Shown piece by piece: positions 18,833-30,169 of a DNA stretch of 64,000 nt (the stretch's first letter is position 1; each line of letters opens with the position of its first letter). A program made the position numbers and the translations under genes. This stretch comes from an uncultured Thermoplasmata archaeon. GTDB taxonomy: Archaea; Thermoplasmatota; Thermoplasmata; Lutacidiplasmatales; UBA184. The notes below the pieces were generated by a model. That model saw only the letters and a list, made by a program, of their open reading frames with translations, had not been told where the DNA came from and did not search any database. Location: the NCBI GenBank assembly GCA_963804505.1, contig CAWDQP010000007.1, positions 132,826 to 196,825 of the forward strand, read 5' to 3'.

Positions 18833-19087
18833 TCACTCGGAGACCAGGCGGTCGAGCTTCGCGAACAGGTCCTCGACTTCCTTCTCCTTCTTCCGGCCGC
18901 CTTCCCAGCGCGCGTTCACGATCTCGACCAGGAGATCGGCGACCTTCTCCATCCACGGTCCCTCCTGGGCTTCGAATCGCTTCTTCACCTTCTCTCGCAA
19001 CAGCTCGTTGTAAGCGCGGTAGGCCGTCCAGACCCACGGGCCATGGTGCATTCGTCCTCGGCTCCCCTCGAACTCGTCTTCGGTCAT
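18833..19087 (-). CDS. Hypothetical 84-aa protein immediately upstream of htrA
   Basis: Intact ORF with balanced helical composition (YNELLREKVKKRFEAQEGPWMEKVADLLVEIVNARWEGG). Its stop abuts the htrA ORF start. Confidence 0.55.
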   Translation of the reverse strand: MTEDEFEGSRGRMHHGPWVWTAYRAYNELLREKVKKRFEAQEGPWMEKVADLLVEIVNARWEGGRKKEKEVEDLFAKLDRLVSE

Positions 19088-19263
19088 CGTAGTTCCTTCG
19101 GGACCGGCGCGGTCCCGAGATGCTCACCGCCGGGGGGAGGATATTGACCGGGTGGCGAGGCGACCGGTCACACCGTGTGATCCGGAGACCATCCCCGCGA
19201 GAGCCTTTCCGATTACGACGGCGTAAGCGCTCCGCTAAATCCGCTTCCGACGCTTTTGTCGAC

Positions 19264-19884
19264 ATGGCCCACGACCGCGCCGCTACCGTCCGGGCTTCCG
19301 GAGGCCGGCTGGACGACCGGGTCCTGGAGACCCTCCAGGGGCTCCGCGGTCGGCTCGCGTTTAGCGGTCTGCGTCGGGTCCTCGGGGCTCATCCCGAGTC
19401 GCTCACCCGTTCGCTCGCCCGACTCGAGAGGGAAGGGCTTGTGGAGCGGGCGGACGGGGGATACCGCGCGCTGGGGCCGTCGCCCGCGCTGGACGCGCCG
19501 ACCGCCGAAGAACTTCGTTCGGTCGCGCGCGTGCAACTCCCGCCCAGCGTGGTGACGACCTCCCTCCTGGGGCGCATGACGGGGCGATGGTTCGGCTCGC
19601 TGCGTTGGGTCGGGACCATCGAACGCCCGACGGGCCGCCTGCTCGCCTGGGCGCGACGGGACGGCAGCGGAATGGCCCTGCTGGGCGTCCGGGGCGGATA
19701 CCTCCAGGTCTACGTCCCCGGTGGGTCGACGTCCGACGACCCGACGGAATCCGAGGAAGCCGCCTACGAGCTCCTGTTCCACGCGGTGGAGGCGGCCCGA
19801 CCCCCCGCCGAAGCGGAGGCGGCGGCCGAAGCCCGAGCGCGCGCCTTCGTGCTCGCCCGCCCTACGTGGGCGATCGACAACTGA
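19264..19884 (+). CDS. Winged-helix (MarR/ArsR-like) DNA-binding protein
   Basis: Internal ATG 19264 of ORF 19120..19884: LAFSGLRRVLGAHPESLTRSLARLEREGLVERADGGY. Confidence 0.6.
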   Translation: MAHDRAATVRASGGRLDDRVLETLQGLRGRLAFSGLRRVLGAHPESLTRSLARLEREGLVERADGGYRALGPSPALDAPTAEELRSVARVQLPPSVVTTSLLGRMTGRWFGSLRWVGTIERPTGRLLAWARRDGSGMALLGVRGGYLQVYVPGGSTSDDPTESEEAAYELLFHAVEAARPPAEAEAAAEARARAFVLARPTWAIDN

Positions 19885-19918
19885 GTCGCTCCCGCCTCTC
19901 GTGGCCGACCCGAGCCGC

Positions 19919-20397
19919 TCAGAGCGGTGCCCCGCAGCTCGGGCATCGGCCGTTCACTTCGTTGCTCAGCTGGCCGCAGAATCGGCATCGGATCTTCACG
20001 ACCTCGCGCTCGATGGTGCGGACCGTGGCGACGCCGGCCGTATCGACGGGGGGGCCTTCCCGCCGCGCCTCGGCAATGGCGTTCGCCCACTCCTCCGGTT
20101 CCAGCACATCGAACGCGGGTCGCCCCTGCGGGAGCTCGAGCAGGAGACGGGCGCGACCCAGGCGTCCCCGTCGGACCGAAACGTTCTGGAGGTCGTGCAG
20201 GGAGGCGTCCAGCAGGATGCGCGCTTCCCGGCCCCCGACAAAGTCGCGGACTACGCCGCGCGAGACGTGCGACTCGAAGACGAGCCGTCGGTTCGTCAGG
20301 TAGAGGACGCCGGGACCCGGCCGGTCGGCGACTCGCGCGGGCCGTCCTGCACGGCGTAGGCGCTGCGAAGGATGCTTTCTCCGGGGTGGAGCAGCAT
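19919..20397 (-). CDS. PH/GRAM-like domain protein with C-terminal zinc ribbon, 1 apparent frameshift
   Basis: MLLHPGESILRSAYAVQ from ATG 20397 shifts near 20325 into ORF 19919..20413 (GVLYLTNRRLVFES...CRFCGQLSNEVNGRCPSCG). Confidence 0.6.
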
Positions 20398-20481
20398 GCG
20401 TGCCTCCGGACACAACCGACCGCTACGCTCGACCGGGGAGCCGACACGGGTGCCGCGAGGAGTACGACACGGTCCCGCGCC

Positions 20482-22224
<1,743 letters not shown>

Positions 22225-22253
22225 CGTGCTCGGCCGGCGCGAGAGGGGCCGCC

Positions 22254-22261
22254 CTTAATAC
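22254..22261 (-). promoter_or_regulatory. TATA-box-like element for the M2 peptidase gene
   Basis: Minus-strand GTATTAAG. Its downstream edge is about 29 nt from the ATG at 22224, implying a very short 5' leader. Confidence 0.4.
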
Positions 22262-22732
22262 CTGTCACGAAGGATGCACGAACGAGCGCTCGAGGAGGCG
22301 CGCCCAGACTGTTCCCGCTCCGCCACGGCGAGCTTCTCGCCGGCTAGGGCACCTCTTCGGCATCGCGGGGACTGCCTTCGAGACTTCGCGGGTATCGTGT
22401 CGGCCTCGCAGGAGGCGCGGAAAATCGCGCTGTCGCGGGTACCGAAGCGGCTCGGAAGGCTCGCTCGAGGGGGTCCGCCCTTTGTCCGCCACGCTCCCCC
22501 GTTAGGCCGGGACCCACCGCACCCCCCCATTTCCACTCGAACTCGGGGTTTATGTACGACATGCGTCTGACATCTTCCGACTGACCGTGTCGGACGGATT
22601 GGATCGACCCACGCTCCTCGCCGCAATCCCTCTGGATGCCGATTTCCGCCGCGAGGTGCCCACCCCCCTCGCGGCTCTCCCTTGCCTCACCCCGCTTTCG
22701 GGGCTTCCCCGCTACCCCACGCCCGCCCCTCG

Positions 22733-22957
22733 ATGGAGTTGGACCCCCCTGTGAGAGGCGCCTCGATCCAACCCACAAAGCTCGAACCCCGCAGCCCCCC
22801 ACCGGTGACGCTGGGCATCGGCCAGCCGCGGGGCTACGGCAGTCCCCCGCGCCTCTCGCCCGACGCGGCCGCGGCGTTCGCCACTTACGTGGACACGGCC
22901 CGGGCCCGCGCGGCGGTTGAGGGCCGAACCCTCGTCTACACGGTCCGCTGGAGCTAA
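22733..22957 (+). CDS. Hypothetical 74-aa protein (weak call)
   Basis: ATG inside ORF 22682..22957 with G/C-rich third positions. C-terminus AAAAFATYVDTARARAAVEGRTLVYTVRWS. No family recognised. Confidence 0.3.
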   Translation: MELDPPVRGASIQPTKLEPRSPPPVTLGIGQPRGYGSPPRLSPDAAAAFATYVDTARARAAVEGRTLVYTVRWS

Positions 22958-23503
22958 CGCTCCTCGTCGTCGTCGACTTCGTCCCCGTCGTCCGCGGGGA
23001 CCGAGATCCCGGCGCGCCCCTTCTTCGGGGCCGGGTAGGATGCTTCCCGGAGCGCCTCCTTCGACAGGGCGTCCGCGCGCTGGTTCTGTTCCCGGGGTAC
23101 CCACTGGAACTCGACCCGGCGGAACAGCGCGGCCAGCTGTTTCAACCGCTCCCGGTACGCCTTGAGGTGCTCCTTGCGAACCTGGTACTCGCCCGTCATC
23201 TGTCGGATCACGAGCTGGCTGTCCCCTCGCACCGCGACCTCGCCTTGGTACCCCTGCCGCGCCAGCCATTCGAGGGCGCAGATCGCTCCGGCGGTACTCC
23301 GCCACGTTGTTGGTCGCCCGCGGGTGGAACGGCGGGACGGCAAGACCGTGCCCCTCGTGCTCGATCCCCAGGCCGGAGACCGTGAAACCGTAGCCCGCGA
23401 TCGAACCCCGCCGGGTGCGCTCGCAAGCGCCGTCGAACTCGACGACCACCGGCGGAACGTCCAGGGTCACGACCCCTCGAGGTACCTGGCCATCGTCCGC
23501 CAT
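22954..23503 (-). CDS. rnhA: Ribonuclease HI (archaeal type), 1 apparent frameshift
   Basis: ORF 22712..23503 (VVVEFDGACE...GYGF...TNNVAEY) joins ORF 22954..23343 (GAICALEWLARQGY...VRGDSQLVIRQM...QWVPREQNQRADALSK) near 23300. Confidence 0.85.
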
Positions 23504-23506
23504 GGA

Positions 23507-24016
23507 TCACCGGACCAGAGGGCGCACCAGGTACGCGGAGAGTTGGTCGTCGGGCTCCAGCACGCCGCAGTCGCACAAGGCCTCCGGACGAGCGCAACGC
23601 GGGCAGGTGGCGCGATCCAGGACCATGCCGAGCGGTCGACCGCACGTCCGGCACTCTCGAGCGCGGGCGCACCGAGGGCACTGGGCCAGCTCCGCGGGGA
23701 TGAACGTCCGGCAGAACCGGCACGAAGCCGGCTCCTTCGAGTTGTAGCGTCCGGTGACCGGCGCTCGTGCGGGTCGCCGCGCCACACGGGTGGCCACCTC
23801 GTCGGGGTTGCCGAACGGTCCCGCCACCGTTGTTTTGTGGGGGTCCGCGGCGACGGCCGCAAGAAGGATGACGACGAGCCCCACCGGCGCGACGTAGAGC
23901 CCCACCTCCTGTTCGATGTCGAACCGCTCCACGCCCATCGCGACCAGAGGGAACGCGGCCAGCGCGAGCCCCACCAGAATGACGCCGATGCCGATGTAGG
24001 CGAGCGAGCGGTTCAT
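23507..24016 (-). CDS. Membrane protein with C-terminal multi-Cys zinc-ribbon region
   Basis: Intact 169-aa ORF with two TM helices, then CRFCRTF...CPRCARARECRTCGRP...CPRCARPEALCDC. Confidence 0.6.
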   Translation of the reverse strand: MNRSLAYIGIGVILVGLALAAFPLVAMGVERFDIEQEVGLYVAPVGLVVILLAAVAADPHKTTVAGPFGNPDEVATRVARRPARAPVTGRYNSKEPASCRFCRTFIPAELAQCPRCARARECRTCGRPLGMVLDRATCPRCARPEALCDCGVLEPDDQLSAYLVRPLVR

Positions 24017-24132
24017 CGTGCGCGGCCGCAGCCCACCCCGTGCGCCGTTGCTACCCGATTCCTACCTGATAAAACGGAGGGGACCACCGGGCGCTCCGAG
24101 CGACTTTTAGCCCCCCGCGCGCGTGACCGAGC

Positions 24133-24603
24133 ATGCCGAACCCCACCGTCGCCATGCGCACCACGCTCGGGGATATCCGGATCGAGCTGTTCCGCGACCG
24201 GGCGCCGAAGACCTCCGAGAATTTCATCAAGCTCAACCGGCAGGGATTCTACACGGGACTGACGTTCCATCGCGTGATCCCCGGATTCATGGTTCAGACC
24301 GGCTGCCCGAAGGGCGACGGCACCGGCGGGCCCGGTTACACGATCCCGGACGAGTTTGGCGCGGGCCTCCGACACGACTCGGCCGGCGTTCTTTCAATGG
24401 CGAATGCCGGGCCGAACACCGGCGGCAGCCAGTTCTTCATCACGCTCGCCGCCACGCCGTGGCTCGACGGAAAGCACGCCGTCTTTGGCAAGGTCCGTGG
24501 CGGGCAGGACGTCGTGGAGAAGATCGCCGCGGTCCCGCGCGACTCGAACGATCGGCCCCGGTCGCCCGTGCGGATCGTCGAACTGACGCTCTCCGGCGCG
24601 TGA
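24133..24603 (+). CDS. Cyclophilin-type peptidyl-prolyl cis-trans isomerase
   Basis: Intact 156-aa ORF: FHRVIPGFMVQTG..., GVLSMANAGPNTGGSQFFIT, and LDGKHAVFGKV. Confidence 0.95.
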   Translation: MPNPTVAMRTTLGDIRIELFRDRAPKTSENFIKLNRQGFYTGLTFHRVIPGFMVQTGCPKGDGTGGPGYTIPDEFGAGLRHDSAGVLSMANAGPNTGGSQFFITLAATPWLDGKHAVFGKVRGGQDVVEKIAAVPRDSNDRPRSPVRIVELTLSGA

Positions 24604-24726
24604 ACGTCCGGAGCGCCCGATACCGGTGGAAGGGGGGCCGTCGGCCGGCGTCGGTCGCACGTCGCGCACCCACCCGACCGATCGCCCCGACGTAGAGCGG
24701 AACGAGAGCGCGACGGCGGTGGGCCG

Positions 24727-25254
24727 ATGCCGGACGAGGCGCGCGGTCGGCTGATCGACCTGGTCGGCTCCGCCAGGGACCGTGCGATTCCCATCCTCAA
24801 GGAGTCGTTCGAGGGGATCTACCGTTGGCACGCCAAAAGAACCCTGCACGAGATCGCGACCGTGCGCGCGATCGACCTGGACGGGACGATCGTCGGCGCG
24901 TCGATGTTGGACCAGCTGCTCCCGGAGGTGGGGTACGTCTACTACGTCTTCGTCGGGGACCACCATCGGCGGGAAGGGGTCGGTGGCCGACTCCTCGACG
25001 ATGCGCTCTCCCGGTTCTGGTCGAACTCGACGCGGGTCGTGTATGCCGCGGCCGAGGAGGAGAACGTAGCGTCCCGGGAGCTGTTCCGGTCACGGGGTTT
25101 CCGCATCGTGGACCGCGACGAGAGAAACTGGCAGGAGGGAGGTCTCGGGGCGTGGGGACTTCGGACCCGGATGCGCCTCGTCTCGGGGGAGGTGCTTCTC
25201 GGGCTTCGGCTCGATGCTCCGACCGCTCACCCCCCCGGACCGACCGATCCCTGA
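24727..25254 (+). CDS. GNAT-family N-acetyltransferase
   Basis: Intact 175-aa ORF: YVYYVFVGDHHRREGVGGRLLDDAL...SRELFRSRGF. Confidence 0.75.
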   Translation: MPDEARGRLIDLVGSARDRAIPILKESFEGIYRWHAKRTLHEIATVRAIDLDGTIVGASMLDQLLPEVGYVYYVFVGDHHRREGVGGRLLDDALSRFWSNSTRVVYAAAEEENVASRELFRSRGFRIVDRDERNWQEGGLGAWGLRTRMRLVSGEVLLGLRLDAPTAHPPGPTDP

Positions 25255-25332
25255 GCGTAGGAAAACCGGGTCAGCGAGGAGTACGCGGTCGACTCCGGCG
25301 ACCGGCCCGAGGAGCGAGCGCCCCGGGCGCGT

Positions 25333-26908
25333 TCAGGGAGCCGTTGTCAGGGACTGGAGGGCTTGCAGGAGTCGGGTTCCGTCCGGCGTGCCCCATCCGG
25401 TGCACGGGTTCCATCCGGGACCGGCCGGGTATCCGTCGTTGTTCCCGCTCGTCACGTCGTGCAGGGTTTCGTCGCCGCTGGTGAATAAAGGAACGGATCG
25501 AGGAAGCCCACCGGGGCCCCGAGCGCCTGGTTCAGGCGAGCGACCAGGGCGGCCCAGAGGGGCGCTACGGCGCTCGTTCCTCCGATCACCGTGGGAGCAC
25601 CGTCGACATAGACCGAGTAGCCAGTGGTGGGGTCCGCGTCGCCGGCGACGTCCGGAACGCCCCGACCGACGAATCCGTTCGGCGCCTTCGGAACGTCGGC
25701 CTGAGCCTGGAAGCTAGGGAGCGGGAACGCCTCGCTCACGCCCCCGCCCGTCGAACCCTCACCCTGCGCCTGATCGTTCCAGACGACCTCGCTCGCGATC
25801 TCCCCCGCCTGGAGGAGCAGACGGGTGCCGCCGCACCCGGTCGCGAACGGACTGGAAGCGGGGAAGTCCACGGTCAACGCGCCCGAGGCGACGCCGTCGC
25901 TGGCGCCCTGATCTCCCGCCGCGACCAGTACGGTAACGCCCAACGCCGCGCCATCCTCGATCGCCGCGTTGAGCGCCGTGCGCGCGGCGGTGGTCCAGGA
26001 ACTCTCGGGGCCGCCCCAGCTGATCGAGAGGACCGAAGGGCGATGGGTGGCATCATGAATCGCCTGGGACACTCCGTCCAGGAACCCCTGGTCGGTGTTG
26101 GGCGCAAAGTACACCACGATCTTCGAACCGGGGGCCAGGGACCCCGCGACTTCGAGGTCGAGCTCGACCTCGGCGTCGGGACCGTCCGGGCTACCGGTCG
26201 GCGCATTCTGAGCGCCGTCCACGGAGACGACGGTCACCGAAGGGGTGGGAAGTCCCAGCCCGCCGAAGTATGTGGCAAGGTCGGAGGGCGTGAACCCACC
26301 GCCGAGCTCCAGGAGGGCGATCGTCTCGCCCGTCCCATCGGTGCCGGAGGGGTATCCGTACGCGGCCGCGACCGCGAGGGGAGTGTACAGACGTCCGCTG
26401 CCGACGGGTTTGCTCGGCGCCGGAAGTGGGCGCGCGACTGGGGCCGGCTGTCGAGTCCCACGACGGCCAGGACGGCTTCGCCAAGCTCCGGCGGTAGGGT
26501 CGGTGACTCTGCGCACCGACGGTACTCCCCTTCGGCATGAGACCAACGCTCGAAGGTGACGCCGAACAGCCGACCGATCGCTCCCGCGGCCCCCGAGACG
26601 TGAACGGTTCGAGCCCCGAGCGACACGCCGCCGACCGAGATGCCCTGCTGCTCGACGAAACTCGACACGCGGCGCACGTCGCCCGGATCCGCGCCGTAGA
26701 GCGCGGCGAACTCCTCCCGGGTGGGATATCGCCGTTGCCGGGGATCGATGCGACCGATCCGGACCACGTCCGGGAACGCCGAGCTCCCGACTGGGCGACG
26801 GAGCACGAGCGTGAGGTCGATCGCCTCCCCCGGGCTTACGGGCCCGACCCGAAGCGATCCGGCCAGCGGACCTCGGCGGCTTGGTTCGGGAAGCACGTTC
26901 CCTCGCAT
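25333..26908 (-). CDS. S53 sedolisin (kumamolisin-like) serine-carboxyl peptidase with pro-domain, 2 apparent frameshifts
   Basis: Pro-domain in ORF 26234..26908. Catalytic part in ORF 25452..27050 (ALLELGGGF..., [39 protein letters not shown]). C-terminus [12 protein letters not shown]...GWGTPDG in a third frame ends at 25333. Confidence 0.88.
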
Positions 26909-26926
26909 CCCCGGGCGCGGACCGAC

Positions 26927-27832
26927 CTACGCGAGCAGGCGGGCCCACGGTTGCTGGCAGGCCCAATCGCGGAACCGGTGCCAGCCGACGTGGGGGTACT
27001 CCCGTCGCAGCCCCTCGATGTCGGCGGTGTACCCGTCGCGCTCGAACCACTCGAACATCTTCGCGTAATCGGCGTTCTGTCGGCGCATCGCGTCCGCGGG
27101 GATCTGCTGATACCGGATCGCGCGCCCGGTAACCTCGGAGAGGACCCGGGCGGCTTCGGCCTGGCTCACCGAGTCCGAGGCGATGTTGATCCGCTTTCCC
27201 CGGAAGTCGGATGGGTTTTCGAGAACGTGAACCACGAACGCGCCGAGGTCGTCAAGCGCCACCATCTGGATTGGTCGATCCGGGGAAGTCCCCGCGCCGG
27301 TCGTACCCTGTTTGAGGCCGCTCACCGAGAACGGCTGGAGGAAGTTCTCCATGAACGAGGTCGGTGCGTCCACGGCGTACGCAACCCCCGACCGCCGGAG
27401 ATGCTCCTCGACCGCGTACTTGCTGTCGAAATGCGGTATTCCGGTCCGCCGGTCGGCGTCGCCCACGGACGAGTAGACGAGCCACGGTACGCCCGCTCGC
27501 TTCGCCGCGTCCACGGCCGCCGTGCCCTGCCGCGTTTCCGCCTCCGGGCCTCCTTCGAACGAGGTGCCCATCAGGAACATCGCATCGACCCCTCGGGCGG
27601 CGCGCTCGATCGCGGCGGAGTCGTCAAACGCCCCTACGACGACCTCCGCTCCCAGCGACCGGATCTCCCCCAGCTTGGGGTTCTCCGGGTTCCGGGCCAG
27701 GCCCCGCACGTGGTGCCCGCGGCCGAGGAGGTGTCGGGCGACGTGGCCTCCCTGGTGTCCCGAAATACCGGTGACGAGGACTCTCAGGGGCTTCGACGCC
27801 GGCCGAACGTGGGGGGCCCTGCTGCCGCTCAT
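26927..27832 (-). CDS. NmrA-family NAD(P)-binding protein
   Basis: Intact 301-aa ORF: [19 protein letters not shown], with NmrA-like pattern throughout. Confidence 0.85.
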   Translation of the reverse strand: MSGSRAPHVRPASKPLRVLVTGISGHQGGHVARHLLGRGHHVRGLARNPENPKLGEIRSLGAEVVVGAFDDSAAIERAARGVDAMFLMGTSFEGGPEAETRQGTAAVDAAKRAGVPWLVYSSVGDADRRTGIPHFDSKYAVEEHLRRSGVAYAVDAPTSFMENFLQPFSVSGLKQGTTGAGTSPDRPIQMVALDDLGAFVVHVLENPSDFRGKRINIASDSVSQAEAARVLSEVTGRAIRYQQIPADAMRRQNADYAKMFEWFERDGYTADIEGLRREYPHVGWHRFRDWACQQPWARLLA

Positions 27833-28009
27833 GGTGGACCTGCTCTCGCAGGCCCGTCCGAGCTTGAGTAAGTTCGCTTACCCCTCAGTTACCATAGCCA
27901 CCCTGCGGGTGCGGTTCCCTCGGGACATGCCGGGCCTACCCGCATCGGGTCACCCGGGCTCGCGGAACGGACGGGCCCGACGAGAATCCGAATCCCACCC
28001 CGTGTCGCA

Positions 28010-28083
28010 AGCCACTGGAGGGACTTGAACCCCCGACCTGCTGATTACGAATCAGCCGCTCTGCCAGACTGAGCTACAGTGGC
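28010..28083 (-). tRNA. tRNA-Thr (anticodon CGU)
   Basis: Hand-folded cloverleaf: acceptor GCCACTG/CAGTGGC, D stem GCTC/GAGC, anticodon stem GCTGA/TCAGC, loop TTCGTAA, T arm GGGGG-TTCAAGT-CCCTC, discriminator U. Confidence 0.9.
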
Positions 28084-28109
28084 ACCGGCGGCGGACGACC
28101 GAAGTTCGC

Positions 28110-28118
28110 CTATAATGG
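28110..28118 (-). promoter_or_regulatory. TATA-box-like element for tRNA-Thr
   Basis: Minus-strand CATTATAGG lies about 27 nt upstream of the tRNA 5' end and overlaps the stop codon of the upstream PLP-enzyme gene. Confidence 0.35.
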
Positions 28119-29379
28119 TGGCGGGAGCGGATATTCGGAAGCGTCCAGCGCCTCGGTCACGTCGCGCACGAGGTCGGCGGGCTCCTCGATGCCGAGCGAC
28201 AGTCGAACGCATCCCGTCATCGATCCCCCGTTCGGCCAGCTCGTCCGCGGTGAGGTGCGTGTGTGCGAGGTCTGGACCGGGCACGCTCGCCAGGCTCTCC
28301 ACGCCGCCGAGGCTGGCGGCGACCTGCACGATCTGAAGATGCTTCAGGAACCGGTCGACGGCCGCCGCGCCGCCTCGCAGGGCGACAGCGAGACCATCCC
28401 GCCGCGTCCCCGCATCTGCCGCGCCGCGATCGCCTCGTCCTCCGGCCCCGCCCGACCGGGGTAGTGGACCGGACGACCGCCGGCGTGGCCTGCGAGCGCC
28501 TCGGCGACGAGTCCGGCCGGCCTCGTTGTGGCGGGCCATCCGGAGCGCGAGGGTCTTCAGGCTTCGGTGGAGCAGGAACGCCGCGAACGGGTCGAGCGGC
28601 GAGCCCAGCACCCGCTTCGGATCGATCTGATCGAGCGAGGCGGGTCGGCCCGACCACCGCCCCGCGAGCAGGTCGGAATGGCCCCCGAGGTACTTCGTCG
28701 CGCTGTGGAGCACGAGGTCTGCTCCGAGCGCGAGCGGGTTCTGGTTGATCGGCGTCGCGAAGGTGTTGTCGACCGCGAGGATCGCGCCCGACCGAGTTGG
28801 CCGCCTTCGCCCATCGCGCGATGTCGTGCACCCGCAGGAGAGGGTTGGTCGGGCTCTCGATGTAGACGAGCCGGGTCGCGTTCGACACGGCCGTCTCCGG
28901 GCTCCGAGCCTCGGCGTCCGAGACCTCCGACCGACGAGACCCGTACCGGGGCAGCAGCATCGTGAAGCAGGTCGGTGGTGCCGCCGTAGAGGTCGGACAG
29001 CGCGAGCACCTCGTCGCCCGGCCGAACGAGGGAAAGGAGGTGGCGATGATCGCACCCATGCCCGAGGCGAACAGTCGGGCCGCCTCGCCGCCTTCCAGCT
29101 CCCGGATCGCCTCCTCGGGACCCTCGACCGTCGGGTTCGCGTTGCCGACTGTAGAGGTAGCACGTCCCCGTGCCGATGCGGCTTCGGAGAACGGGGCCGG
29201 GGAAGTGGAACGTGGAGGTCTGGTAGATCGGGCGGCGCGATCGAACCCGGCGTTCAGGTCGGGCCGACAGGCCCCCGTGCACGAGCCGGGTCGACGGGCC
29301 GGCCCAGGCGGGTAGGGGGCGAAACCGCCGCCGGCTGCGCGGTGGCGACGTCGCGCCCTCGGCGGGAAACTTCGGTCAC
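28110..29379 (-). CDS. Cystathionine gamma-synthase/lyase-family PLP enzyme (MetB/MetC/MetY-like), at least 7 frame switches (sequence error or pseudogene)
   Basis: Conserved pieces are scattered over all three minus frames: PIYQTSTFHF, NPTVEGPEEAIRELEGGEAARLFASGMGAI, RPGDEVLALSDLYGGT, TRLVYIESPTNPLL, AVDNTFATPINQNPLALGADLVLHSATKYLGGHSD, VQVAASLGGVESL, and RLSLGIEEPADL. The GTG start overlaps the nadM stop (GTGA). Confidence 0.75.
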
Positions 29380-29919
29380 GGTCGCTCGGGCCGCGCGGGC
29401 CGGTGACGGGGCCTTCGACGCAGCGCGCGAGCCGCGCCGGCGCGCCGATCTCGTCGAGGTAACGGGCGACCGCGGCCGGAAGGCGGTCGCGCCAGGGGCC
29501 GTCCGTCGCGAGCGCCTCGCGGATCTTGGCGCCCTCGAGCCGGTCGCGCTCGATCAGGGCCGGGGCTCTCGACCGGGTAGCCGGCCTTCTCGAAGAGAAG
29601 TCGGGTGAGCGGATTGTTGGTGTAGACCTCGCGGAACGGCGGGAGGAGGCCCTCGAGGTACCGGACCCACAGCGCGTGCCGGCGGATGTCGGCGACGGGG
29701 ACGATCTCGACCCCCGTGACGTGCGCCTCGCGCAACGCCCGGTCGATCATCTCGAACCGCTCGCCGGCGGTGAACGGGTTCTCGGCCGTATAGGATTCCT
29801 CGCGCGTGCCGATCCCGATCAGGAGAGCGGTCCTCCGGGCGTCGCGCGCGGATCGCGCGGACGAGGCCGAGGTGGCCCGCGTGGAACGGCTGGAAACGGC
29901 CGATGAGGAGGCCGCGCAC
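29376..29919 (-). CDS. nadM: Nicotinamide-nucleotide adenylyltransferase (archaeal type), at least 2 apparent frameshifts
   Basis: (V)RGLLIGRFQPFHAGHL from the GTG at 29919 continues as LLIGIGTREESYTAENPFTAGERFEMI... in the frame of ORF 29376..30458, and later as LIERDRLEGAKIREAL in a third frame. Confidence 0.85.
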
Positions 29920-29932
29920 CGGCGCCGCGATA

Positions 29933-30169
29933 TCACTCGGGGCTCAAATCCTCCACGTCGTCCAGAAACTCCTCGATGTGCGGACAACGCGGGGTGAGGT
30001 AGTGGCGGCAATGCTCGCAGTAGCGGTCGTTCCACGCGGGCAGCAGCCGGCGGTTGAACTCGTAGCAGGGTCGGTCGAAGAAGCGCTGCTCCTCGTCCTC
30101 GGGCTCGGCGGGCGCGGCCGGGCGCGCGGGCTGGGACGGGTGCGGAGGAAGCCGGAACGGGCCCTTCAC
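29933..30169 (-). CDS. Hypothetical 78-aa Cys-rich acidic protein, translationally coupled to lonB
   Basis: The in-frame GTG at 30169 overlaps the inferred lonB stop (GTGA). ...EDEEQRFFDRPCYEFNRRLLPAWNDRYCEHCRHYLTPRCPHIEEFLDDVEDLSPE. G/C-rich third positions. Confidence 0.5.
   Translation of the reverse strand: MKGPFRLPPHPSQPARPAAPAEPEDEEQRFFDRPCYEFNRRLLPAWNDRYCEHCRHYLTPRCPHIEEFLDDVEDLSPE

Noticed and set aside
22262-22732. Possible RNase P RNA or SRP (7S) RNA in the unassigned region
   Set aside because: I searched both strands by eye for the hallmark motifs (GAAAGUCC-type P4 strand for RNase P; GGAA / AGCA helix-8 loops for SRP RNA) and found none. It is kept only as an unassigned region.
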